Below are positions 1 through 11,005 of a DNA stretch of 64,000 bases, piece after piece. The translations under genes and the position numbers were made by a program. The stretch's first letter is position 1. Every line of letters begins with the position of its first letter. The stretch is taken from the NCBI RefSeq assembly GCF_006345805.1, contig NC_043010.1:14570001-14634000 (forward strand), in the 5' to 3' direction. A model generated the notes under the pieces. That model saw only the letters and a list, made by a program, of their open reading frames with translations, searched no databases and had not been told where the DNA came from. The stretch is from Octopus sinensis (taxonomy: Eukaryota).

Positions 1-1225
1 TCCAGAATATTAGAAAGGATTCAGGAAAGAAAGTAGGGCAACAAAAGATCACTTATTAGTTGATAACACGATAATTAACGATAATTAGAAATCATAGATG
101 CAGATTGACGGAACTGATTGTATCATGGCTAGATTACAAAAATGCATATATCATGGTACCACACAGTTGGATAAGTAAAACAATGAGCATGTTTGGAGTA
201 ACAAAAACATGGGGAAATGGTTAAAAAAATATGAAACATTGGAATACTGAATTGATCGAGGGAAAACGAAAACTCGGAAAAGTGAACATTAGACGTGGAA
301 TATTCCGAGGTGATAGCTTATCTTCATTTCTGTTCGTATTGGCTACGGCACCGCTCACTGTGATGCTACGGAAAGTTAAAATTGCTTACGATTTGGGAAA
401 AGGAAATGGTCAGATAAATCATCTCCTTTTCATTGATGGTATAAAAGTTTACGGGAAAAATGAGAAACACTTTGAAAATCTTGTACATCATACTATCCGC
501 AGTTTCTCAAAAATGACGTAGGTTTGGAATTTGGGATAGAAAAGTGTGCTATACTGAAAATGAAACAACGAGAAAGATTTGAAAGAAGTCAGGGAACTGA
601 AATGCCAAATGGACAAACAATGAGAGCAGTTGAGAAAGAACAGTGGTATAAATACTTGGGAATACTGGAAGCAGACGAGATAAAAAATGAAGAAATGAAA
701 CAAATAATCTGTAGGGAGTACACAAGGCGAGTCGGAAAATGATTGCAGTCAAAGCTGATTTCTAAAAATTTCATTGAAGTAATAAATTGAAGAGTACCCT
801 TAATCAGATATGGAGTTGGAATTATAGACTGGACCAAAAACGATAGAAAGAAACTTGACAGAAAAACTAGGACGTTGTTGACGATGTATGGAACCCACCA
901 TCCGAATGCGGATATCACCCGGATATCACTCGATAAGAGACCAGGGTGGAAGAGGCTCAACAGCAGTAGAAGAATGTGAACTGATGGAAAGGAAAAGTCT
1001 ACTGTCATCATAACATGAAATTATCATATTATTATCAAATTACTTTTAAAACAAATTTCTAATTTACTTATGTTTGACAGACATTCCTTAGAATAATACT
1101 ATGTGCAAAACCAAATATATGGTACCTTAGTCATAACACCAACTTGAACTTCTAACTTGTCTCTTGAGGTCACTGGGTGAGACTTAGAGTCATCGTGTAC
1201 TAATACAAAGCAAAAGCCAAACATA
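1..1225 (+). mobile_element. R4/Dong-clade non-LTR retrotransposon fragment (RT region joined to 3' UTR)
   Basis: Disrupted RT motifs WLDYKNAY.MVPHSWI, GIFRGDSLS, HLLFIDGIKVY, MEFGIEKCA, YKYLGILE. The 3' UTR (~1040-1225) aligns with that of the element at 62186-63745 and ends in (TAA)n. Confidence 0.8.
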
Positions 1226-1240
1226 ATAATAATAATAATA

Positions 1241-1281
<41 letters not shown>

Positions 1282-1284
1282 TAA

Positions 1285-1314
<30 letters not shown>
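1222..1314. repeat. (TAA)n(TAG)n microsatellite
   Basis: Directly visible tract between the R4 3' end and a SINE. Confidence 0.95.
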
Positions 1315-1316
<2 letters not shown>

Positions 1317-1527
1317 ATTCCTACTAAAGGCACAAGGCCTGGAATTTTGGGGGAGGGGACTAGTCGATTATATCGACCCAAGTGTTTCATTGTTACTTAA
1401 TTTGTCGATCCCGAAAGGATGAAAGGCAAAGTCGAACCCAGTTTCGTTTGAAATTAGAACGTAAAGACAGACGAAATACCGCTAAGCATTTTGTCCGGCG
1501 AGCAAACGATTCAATCAGATCGCCGCC
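1315..1527 (-). mobile_element. tRNA-derived SINE family A (short-tail variant)
   Basis: Shares the family A core (B-box-like ttcaaac, gcctttcatcctttcgggatcgac); (TAA)n on both sides. Confidence 0.8.
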
Positions 1528-1922
1528 ATAATAAATAATAATAATAATAAAAAAACTGAGACAATCGGAACGGAGTAGGAACGTATGCATCAGGGATTTC
1601 TATTCCGTGACTCTCACCGCCTCTCCGCTAATAATAAATGATAAGAAAATGGTGAAGAACGCCATTTTCTTCAAACTTACAATCAGACGAGCCATATCAG
1701 GAGTTACCCAAACCGTTCGGAGTAGCAGACTATTCTCCCTCAAATCTCACCGTAATGTCTTGAAAGAAGGACGTGTTGGATAATGGAGTTTGTGATATAG
1801 AAATATGTTAATATTGTCATGGTTGGAGCGCTTTCAGATTTTAAATTCTGTTTATATGGAGTAGAAACGAAATGAAGCAAAACAACAATATTAATGAGTT
1901 GTCAGATAAAGGGATTGCTTAC

Positions 1923-2334
1923 CTGTTGGTGATTGGTCCAAGAAATGGGTTAGTGATTAACTGTACGACAGCTTTCGAAGCAAACATCAATCCTACCACC
2001 ACTGTCGCGTGTCTTAGAAACTGGTGTCGAGTTTGTGGCACATACACCAGGTTAGATTCAGTCACATAACTTTCTGTGTAGCCTTGTGGAGCCACCGTAA
2101 TATTCTCGCACATGTAGCTCTGTGGTGTCGGCGGAACATAGGTTTTGGCGAGTTTCTTGATATATTTCATGAGACCTTCCCGTTCCGTTTCATTGAAATC
2201 TCTATTTTTGGTCACATTGTAGCATATGGTTTCGATGACCGCTGGCTCGGTTACATTGACCAGTACTTGTCGAGTGTCATTAACAAGGATTTCCTTGTTT
2301 TGCGTTAAATAAAGGAAGTTCGGAATGATTGGAA
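1923..2334 (-). CDS. VMAT: Vesicular monoamine transporter, second coding exon (end of TM1, luminal loop, TM2; aa 43-180)
   Basis: Acceptor tcgtttcAG|TT at 2336-2335 completes codon G+TT (Val), giving LLTTV-V-PIIPNFLY. The exon ends VGLMFASKAVVQLITNPFLGPITNR with AG|GTAAGC (phase 2). TM2 motif GL.FASKA.VQLITNPF.G is near-identical to VMAT, including the Lys equivalent to human K138. Confidence 0.93.
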
Positions 2335-2666
2335 CTGAAACGAGAACATACGAGAATACGTGAGACAAGCAAATGACTTGACGAGAATGGAAATAGATTT
2401 TCCTTAAATTTATAACTATAGGTCAGAACTAAGGTTGGTGAGCTGCACTAAACAACATAATTTCAATACCAGATGTTATCTTTCTTTATTTATTTCGAAA
2501 CAGCTGTAAGTTAGTGCGAATCACTTTTCACAGAGAATTCCTACAAAAGCTTTTTGCTTAGAAATACCATAACAACTGAGTGTCGAAAATGAAGTAAACC
2601 ATTGTGTTTTGTGCCGCCTCGGCCCTTCTGTGTGTCTATAAATATGTAGATATACAAACACACACA

Positions 2667-2747
<81 letters not shown>

Positions 2748-2861
2748 TACATTTCAAACAAACACTATTTTACAAACATCTTTCTACAAACACCATTTTA
2801 CAATTTTAATTCAAATTTTAAAAAATATATAATTCGATATATTATACAATATTCATATTTT

Positions 2862-2955
2862 ATATCTCTGAAGAGCAGAAGGGTTGTCTATAAATGCTTA
2901 TCAATATAGGACTTCATTATAGGGACAACCCTTTTGCGAAACGATCGTAAGATGC
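2862..2955 (+). ncRNA. Type I hammerhead ribozyme in a Penelope-like terminal repeat
   Basis: Stem I UAUCU/AGAUG; core CUGAAGA 2868-2874; 14-bp stem II GCAGAAGGGUUGUC/GACAACCCUUUUGC; GAAA 2938-2941; palindromic stem III ACGAUCGU; predicted cleavage after GUA at 2949. Confidence 0.8.
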
Positions 2956-3629
2956 TTAAAAACTTAATTCAAAACTTTTAAACTTTCAAATTTATTTTAT
3001 ACATCATATTTATATTTTTGATATATATATATATATATATTTAATACATAAAGTCTTTCATATGGGTATATCTTTGTGAAAAATTCGATATTGATTTCCT
3101 TATATTAATAATAATAATATATTATTAAAAATATATATATAATCGGCAAGTCGTTCATAAGTCCCCTCCCCCCCCACCAAAAAAAGCGCAGTCAGAGATT
3201 TTTTTAATTTTTAGCAATAATGTTTCATGTTGGTTATAGTCGGTCAGAAAGTTACCGTTGGTTTCACGAGCAATAATAGATGTGAAACCAATGGTAACTT
3301 CCTAACTGGGAACAACCAACGACTGCATTGACAAACACACACACAAATTTCGACTAAAACCTCTCCCAGGCGATGCTTGACCAGAGCCACAGTCAGGTGA
3401 CTGAAACAAATAAAAGAGTATATATACATAGAGATAAATTGATGAAGGACGGACAAATGGGTAAAATGTCCAAGACAAAATATAAACAACATATAATACC
3501 TTCATTAGTCATTAGTCAAGGCAGTTTTGAGACCTTAGTCAACAGACTTGCACACTCACCTCAGCATGCCTGACGACAACAAAGATATAAATATAAGCCA
3601 AATATTAGCTCTTAAGGCTAAAACACTGT

Positions 3630-3937
3630 TGTTTGTTGTTGTTTGTTCCTTCTCGAGCCATGTGTAGCTCATAAGGGCCGGTTTCCCGGTTTCTTGGCGT
3701 ATAGGTTCCCCACCTGGACGGGACGCCGGTCCGTTGCAGGTGAGCTGCTCGATGCAGGAGGAAAGAGTGAGAGAAAGTTGTGGCGAAAGAGTCAGCAGAA
3801 GTTTCACCATTACCTTCTGCTGGAGCCGCGTGGAGCTTAGGTGTTTCGCTCATAAACACACATCGCCCGGTCTGAGATTCGAACTCGCGATCCCTCGACC
3901 GCGAGTCTGCTGCTCTAACCACTAGGCCATGTACCTC
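3630..3937 (-). mobile_element. tRNA-derived SINE family C, full length with TSD
   Basis: tRNA-like head with A and B boxes, tail ggctcgagaaggaacaaacaacaa; 12-bp TSD ctaaaacactgt at 3618-3629 and 3938-3949. Confidence 0.9.
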
Positions 3938-4003
3938 CTAAAACACTGTCGAAGTTAGGAACGATATTAAACGTTGAAGTCTTTCGAGAAGATAAAAGAA
4001 AAT

Positions 4004-4040
<37 letters not shown>

Positions 4041-4540
4041 AATACATACACAAATATATACATACCTAAATATTCATACATACACACAGACATGTATACA
4101 TTTACACACACACACACACACATCTGACAGTCTCATAACGTCGTGGGGACACTGAAAGATCAATGTCTCAAGTTGGATTTGAATTCAAGACAATAAATTA
4201 ATGAAAAGTTGGTCAATTATACAGAAATACTTGTTGCTTGGAAAGACGGGTGATCTGTGTTTCGAGTTTACCCAACTTGAAACAGCGAAGGTACAAGGGT
4301 CATATTTTGATCAGCACCGATCGATTCGAGGTTATCTCAACTGATCGATACATGATCTTTGGGTAAACAAGAAATAATACAATGTTCACGCTGGCAATTA
4401 GCTTACACCGTCACTCTCTGTATACACCATATTCTAAATAAGTTGGTATATGTGTGTATACACACACACACGCGCACGTATGTATAGAAGACTTGAACGT
4501 CTTCCCAACACAGGCATGTTCTAGAATGTTGTTAGTATTC

Positions 4541-5120
4541 TTTTCTACTCAAGACACAAGGCCCGAAATTTTGAGGGAAGGGGGCCAGTGGATTAGATAT
4601 ACCCCAGTACGCAACGGGTACTTAATTTATCGACCTCGAAAGGATGAAAGGCCAAGTCGACCTCGGCGGAATTTGAACTCCGAACGTAGAGACAGACGAA
4701 ATACCTATTTCTTTACTACCCACAAGGAGCTAAACACAGAGGGGACAAACAATGACAGACAAACGGATTAAGTCGATTACATCGACCGCAGTACATATCT
4801 GGTACTTAATTTATCGACCCCGTAAGGATGAAAAGCAAAGTGGACCTCGGCGGAATTTGAACTCAGAACGTAGCGGCAGACGAAATACTTATTTCTTTAC
4901 TACCCACAAGGGGCTAAACACAGAGGAGACAAACAAGGACAGACATAGGTATTAAGTCGATTACATCGACCCCAGTGCGTAACTGGTACTTAATTTATCG
5001 ACCCCGAAAGGATGAAAGGCAAAGTCGACCTCGGCGGAATTTGAACTCGGAACGTAGCGCCAGACGAAATACCGCTAAGCATTTCGCCCAGCGTGCTAAC
5101 GTTTCTGTCAGCTCGCCGCC
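4541..5120 (-). mobile_element. SINE family A head-to-tail trimer within one TSD
   Basis: One head plus three core units joined at gaaata(a/g)g|tatttcgtc; 20-bp TSD ctagaatgttgt(t/c)agtattc at 4521-4540 and 5121-5140. Confidence 0.9.
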
Positions 5121-5662
5121 CTAGAATGTTGTCAGTATTCCTTCAGGTCATGTCCCCGGCTTGATACAAAATCTCTGTTAAATTTACCTCTATATCATTC
5201 ACATAGAGCCTTTAAAAAAAAAAAAAAGATGAGCTCCGACCTTCTTCCTTCTGGAAGCTAAGAGAGAAAAAAAACTAACAACAGGTTGCACCAGTTTTGT
5301 ATAAAATCTGGCCGCACTACCAGTAGGCCAACTGAGGGAGCACGTGATCATGTCTAGCAATAAAAGCAGTTGCTTATCTCCCGTAGTGAAAGTTGTTCAA
5401 TATAACATTTATCCAGCGACCGAGAAGAGATCGTCTGTTACTAATCTTTACTCAATATCGAATAAACTTAACTCTATTTTCGTGATTAACCGGAAATTGG
5501 CGTGATATTATCTCTTCTAACGTCCATTAAGTTGTTTGACAAAATGACGCCTTCGTTTCGAATTTTTCCACTATTTTCTTATCGCAGTTCACGCAGCCAC
5601 ATACGCGCACTAACACATGTGCCATTATGCGTGCTCGCTAACACATACACAAGCGCGCTAAC

Positions 5663-5703
<41 letters not shown>

Positions 5704-5705
5704 AG

Positions 5706-5796
<91 letters not shown>

Positions 5797-5886
5797 AAAT
5801 AAATACAAAAAGTATATCCATTTCTGTAAAGTTTATTCCACATGACAAATTGTAATTTCTATTTTATCTCCATATATATATATATG

Positions 5887-6109
5887 CTTTATTTAAAGCA
5901 GCAGAAAATTCAACAAAACCTGTTACTCTGAGTTTCCCCTTGCCGTTCAACGGACAGTTTTTGCTGCAGGAAATTCAACAAAACCTGTTGCTCTGAGTTT
6001 CCCCTTGCCGTTCATCGGACAGCTTTTGCTAGCAAAAACTGTCCGATGAACGGCAACGGGAAACTCAGAGTAACAGGTTTTGCTGAATTTTCTGCTGCTT
6101 TAAATAAAG
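5887..6109. repeat. Palindrome of a Penelope-like terminal repeat, left arm tandemly duplicated
   Basis: Centre gct|agc at 6030/6031; right arm 6031-6109 is the reverse complement of two left copies (5887-5964 and 5966-6030); AATAAA at the arm end. Confidence 0.85.
6035..6081 (+). ncRNA. Hammerhead-like motif with non-canonical CCGAUGA core
   Basis: Stem I AAAACUGU/ACAG(G)UUUU; CCGAUGA 6043-6049; mini stem II A.CG-GCAA-CG.G; GAAA 6060-6063; stem III ACUCaGAGU; predicted site after GUA at 6072. Confidence 0.6.
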
Positions 6110-6375
6110 TATATTACTCTACCACTGGTATTTGAGTATTCTTTTTTCCACCTTGTTTCACTTTTATGTGTTTACTCCGGTATATATATATATATTATAT
6201 ATATATTATATATATATAATATTTTATAGGCGCAGGGGTGGCTGTGTGGTAAGTAGCTTGCTTACCAACCACAGTTACCGGCTACCTAATGTCAACAACA
6301 GTAGTGATGCTTATGCGACTGGATTTACTTCAGAAATTCCTTGGTGTCTATGGAGTTTATATATTTTCTGTTTCT

Positions 6376-6434
<59 letters not shown>

Positions 6435-6675
6435 ATATATATATATATAATATATATATATATATAACTCCACGAATAGATCAAAGACAGAAACTGGAAT
6501 TCACGATATTCTTTATTCAAAACAACTTCAAGTGTTTCAACTCATCTTGCATATGTGCCTCACAGATGGATAGTCCTATAAAAACTGCTAGAATGTAGCA
6601 GACTTCCTAAAAAATATATATCTTAATAGGGCTGGGTTAAATGGAGAGAAGACAGAGCCAGGTACTTGTTTAAAA

Positions 6676-6790
6676 AGCAGCCTGAGGAGACGCAGTCTGC
6701 ACCTGTGATGCAAGGCAATTTATTGTATGGTATCCCATCTGTGGGGTACAGATGCAGAATGCGTCGAAACCATTATAGTGGTTTTGAATA
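6676..6790 (+). ncRNA. Hammerhead motif with long stem II in a Penelope-like repeat (stem I and cleavage triplet degenerate)
   Basis: CUGAGGA 6682-6688; stem II GACGCAgUCUGCAcCUGU/ACAGaUGCAGAaUGCGUC (16 of 18 positions paired); GAAAC 6766-6770; AATAAA downstream. A more decayed inverted homologue lies at ~6500-6580. Confidence 0.55.
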
Positions 6791-7072
6791 AAGAATCTAT
6801 CTGTCTATCTATCTATCTATCTATCTACGATCCCTATTGATCGTTTTTTTTCCTCTTCCCTTTTTCCTCTTTTTTCTTCTTTTTTCCTTTTTCTTTTCTT
6901 TTTTCTCCTTTTTTTCTTTTTCTTTTTCTTCGTTATTTTTTCCCTTTCACGATCCCTTTTGATCGAAAACCTACGCCATTTTTTTGGTTTTTTTTTTTCA
7001 TCCCCCAAAAGAAAAGCTCTACCTTGTAATTTGTCCCATCTGTGTGCAGCCCTGTGTGGCCAATAAAGAAAC

Positions 7073-7115
<43 letters not shown>

Positions 7116-7824
7116 CACATACACAGACACAAACACAATTGTTTTTATCTCGAATTGTATATAAAACAATTTAACATTAAACTCAATACTTTTAGTAGAT
7201 TAATTATGTTTAACTTTAACAAAAAAATGCTGACAGAGACATCGAAGTGTTCGGTTTGCTCACCTACAGACTGATTTATATTTGTTTTGTTTTTCTTTTT
7301 AGCTTTGGATATTCTTTGGTAAATCTTCTTCGGTAGATGGAGCAACGTGATGATAATTTGGTGTAGTGTAGACGGACAGTGGAAATGGTGTAATAAGGAG
7401 GAAAACAGAGGAGAATTGGAAAGTATGTGTTTTTAGGGTGTTGGTAGGATAGAAAGGTATGGTGAAGAGATTTATTTCTGTTTGATATCAGAATTTTGCT
7501 ATTGTTCAGGGTTCTGTGGTGTGGAAGTAAAAGTGCAGAAATGTGTGTCATATTCAAGTAACAACACTACTTGTATATCGGGTTAATTTTTGGGATATTT
7601 TAGGCTTTGCAAAAGATTATATGTAGATAAAACTATTGGTCACACAGTGTGGCTGGGGTTAAATCGTGGAATGCTATTAACTTTCTGTAAAGAAATTTAA
7701 AACTGGGAATTTGGGGACGGTTAAGATTGAAGAAATTGTATTACTACAAATGATTTTAGTTTGTTTTTACCTGTTTCTAGCGTGGCTATGCATATTAATA
7801 TTATATGAGTATAGAGGTCTCTGT

Positions 7825-8386
7825 GTGGAAGCGCGTGGCTTAGTGGTTAGGGTGTCAGCACCATGATCGTAAGATTGTGGTTTCGATTCCTAGACCGGGT
7901 GACGCCTTGTGTTCTTGAGCAAAACACTTAATTTCACGTTGCTCCAGTCCACTCAGCTGGCAAAAATGAGTAATGCTGCGATGGACTGGCGTCCCGTCCA
8001 GCTGGGGAACACATACGCAATAGAAACCGGGAAACCGGGCCCATGAAAAGTGTCCCCCCCACTTTAAAAAGGGCGCAAGTGTGGAGGCACATGGCCTAGT
8101 GGTTAGATCAGCGGACTCGCGGTCGAGGGATCTCGGGCTCGAATCTCAGACCGGGCGATGTGTGTGTTTATGAGCGAAAACACCTAAGCTCCACGCGGCT
8201 CCGGCAGAAGGTAATGGTGAACTTCTGCTGACTCTTTCGCCACAACTTTCTCTCACTCTTTCCTCCTGCATCTTGCAGCTCACCTGCGACGGACCGGCGT
8301 CTCATCCAGGTGGGGAACCTATGCGCCAAAAAACCGGGAAACCGGCCCTTATGAGCCAGTCATGGCTCGAGAAGGAACAAATAACA
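7825..8386 (+). mobile_element. SINE D + SINE C heterodimer within one TSD
   Basis: Family D (7825-~8077) is directly followed by family C (~8080-8386); 10-bp direct repeat aggtctctgt at 7815-7824 and 8387-8396. Confidence 0.8.
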
Positions 8387-8567
8387 AGGTCTCTGTCCAT
8401 AGAACTGCATGCCGTTACCTATCTACGAAGGGTGACTACATAAGGTAGATGCATTTCCAACAGGGATATACGTCAATAAGAAGATGTAGATGAGTAAACA
8501 GTATATAAATATATATGAATATCCACATAATTTATATATATATACACACATACATACATACATACAT

Positions 8568-8600
<33 letters not shown>

Positions 8601-8809
8601 TATGTATGTATGTGGAAGCGCTTGGCTTTTTGGTTTCTATGTTGGACTCATGATTGCAAGATTGTGGTTTCAATTCCTGGATGCGTTTTGTTCTTGAGGA
8701 AATACTTCAATTCACGTTATCCTAGTCAACTCAGCCAACAAGATTGAGTAATTCAGCGACGGAGCATGTATATGTAGGTTACTGAATATATCGGCACATG
8801 TGTGTGTGC

Positions 8810-8881
<72 letters not shown>

Positions 8882-9142
8882 TTGTTAAAGGAATGGTCCG
8901 TTCCATACTGTTTTCACGTTTCCGTTTCTCGTTGAGTTCTACGTCTATTTGTGGTGTCCTGTACACACGTATATATATTTATATATGCATGTATATATAC
9001 ATGTAGATGTAGGTACGTACATATATGTTTGTATGTATGCATATATTTTATTTATTACACTATTGTATGACTGAGCGCCTTCGCATCGATTCGATTCGAT
9101 TCGTTTGGTTTGGTTTCGTTTCTTTTTCTTCTCTAAGCTGGT

Positions 9143-9181
<39 letters not shown>

Positions 9182-10051
9182 TGAGTGAATATGTAAATAA
9201 ATATGTGTGTATGTATGAATTATGTATGTTCACGGCTAGACATTATTGTATACATGCGCACGAGCATGTAGACGTATGTATGTACATTTGTTGTGTGCTT
9301 ATGCGTATATATTATCGATATATTTGTTTTATATGAATACTAGCAAACGCACCCGACCTTTGGACAGTTTAAGTTGCTTTGGTGGTATTTTTTCACCAAA
9401 TAATTGAACTACCGAGGTTTATGAGTAGCATGGCAATCTATGTTTCCGATTAACCTGGGAACGGAAAACCAAATTGTAGGCTGGTTATTGTGGAGGTGGC
9501 TGCACTTTAATGAACATAGAACATATAAGTTTGCAAGCGATGCAAAGTAGAGCTACTGAAGTACTTTGGGATGACTATAAAATATAAGTGTTTTACATGA
9601 AAGCAAAATTTCTTGTGATTGTTTAAAAATAGCTAGAACGACAATTATAAACGTATTTGAAATAATGGACAACAGTCAAAATGTAATGGATGGGTAAATA
9701 AGCTTCCTTAAAGTGAAACAACGCATTGGTAGGTAAACAAAGGTATCAACAAAGAGAGAGAAGAGAACGTCACCTTTCAAGTAACTCAGAATAGGTAAAG
9801 GTAAGCTTGCCAAATTTTAATGCAGTTTAGATATGGTGATTAAGATTGTTTGGTATTGGATATTCATTGCGTACAGTGTTCCAAGTTAATTTAATCACCG
9901 TCGCAGGCGGACAGTCGAAATAAATAAACAAAATCGTTTCACCTTTATAATATCTTCTAACGTAAACACTCGAATAATACACACCAATACATATAAAAAA
10001 ATATAGAAAGTAATAATGCACAATTTCAACATATAAACAATTAATAAAATG

Positions 10052-10151
10052 NNNNNNNNNNNNNNNNNNNNNNNNNNNNNNNNNNNNNNNNNNNNNNNNN
10101 NNNNNNNNNNNNNNNNNNNNNNNNNNNNNNNNNNNNNNNNNNNNNNNNNNN
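10052..10151. other. Assembly gap (100 N)
   Basis: Run of exactly 100 N, typical of a scaffolding placeholder of unknown true size. Confidence 0.98.
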
Positions 10152-10260
10152 ACAAACCAACGTCTGTTGTCAAGGGCTAAAGGGGAGGACATACACAAAA
10201 ATACAAATAGTGTGAGTGTGTGTATATATAGTATATATTGATATGAGTGACAATATATGT

Positions 10261-10308
<48 letters not shown>

Positions 10309-10310
<2 letters not shown>

Positions 10311-10684
10311 GCGCAGGCGTGGCTGTGTGATAAGAAGCTTGCTTCCCAACCACTTGGTGCCGGGTTCAGTCCCACTGCATGGCACCTTGGGCAAGTGTCT
10401 TCTACTATAGCCTCGGGCCGACCAAAGCCTTGTGAGTAAATTTGGTAGACGGAAACTGAAGCTAGTCGTGTATATATATGTATAGAGATCTATGATCTAT
10501 GTGTATGTGTCTGTGTGTCTATGTTTGTCCTTCCCCCCCACTGCTTGACAACTAGTGTATGTGAGCTTGCGTCCCGTGGTTAACGGGAGTTCGAGGCTGG
10601 GGTCGATATATTCGATAAAAAAAAATCGAGGCGGTGCCCCAACATGGCCACAGTCTAATGAGCGAAACAAGTAAACGATAAAAC
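10309..10684 (+). mobile_element. tRNA-derived SINE family B
   Basis: Head gcgcaggcgtggctgtgtg, CORE-like accttgggcaagt, internal (TA/TG)n, tail ggcggtgccccaacatggcc. Confidence 0.85.
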
Positions 10685-10799
10685 AAAGATGTATGCATGG
10701 ACGCACAGACATATCAGTTGTGTATATCTATATCTTTGTAGGTTTGCATACACACATACACACGTGCGTACATACATATACACACACATGTACACATAC

Positions 10800-10972
10800 A
10801 GGCGCAGGAGTGGCTGTGTGGTAAGTAGCTTGCTTATATATATACATGGTTCTGGGTTCAGTCCCACTGCGTGGCACCATGGGCAAGTGTCTTCTACTAT
10901 AGCCCCGAGCCGACCAAAGCCTTATGAGTGGATTTGGTAGACGGAAACTGGAAGAAGCCCGTCGTATATATG

Positions 10973-11005
<33 letters not shown>

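Noticed and set aside
2335-2368. ORF-track start (TTG) and the N-terminal MSHVFSYVLVS
   Set aside because: This is intronic polypyrimidine sequence upstream of the acceptor; true coding begins at 2334.
8080-8160. tRNA-like sequences at SINE heads (also 3860-3937, 46870-46947, 51511-51580 and others)
   Set aside because: They have A/B boxes but no complete acceptor stem and run into SINE bodies flanked by TSDs; they are not tRNA genes.
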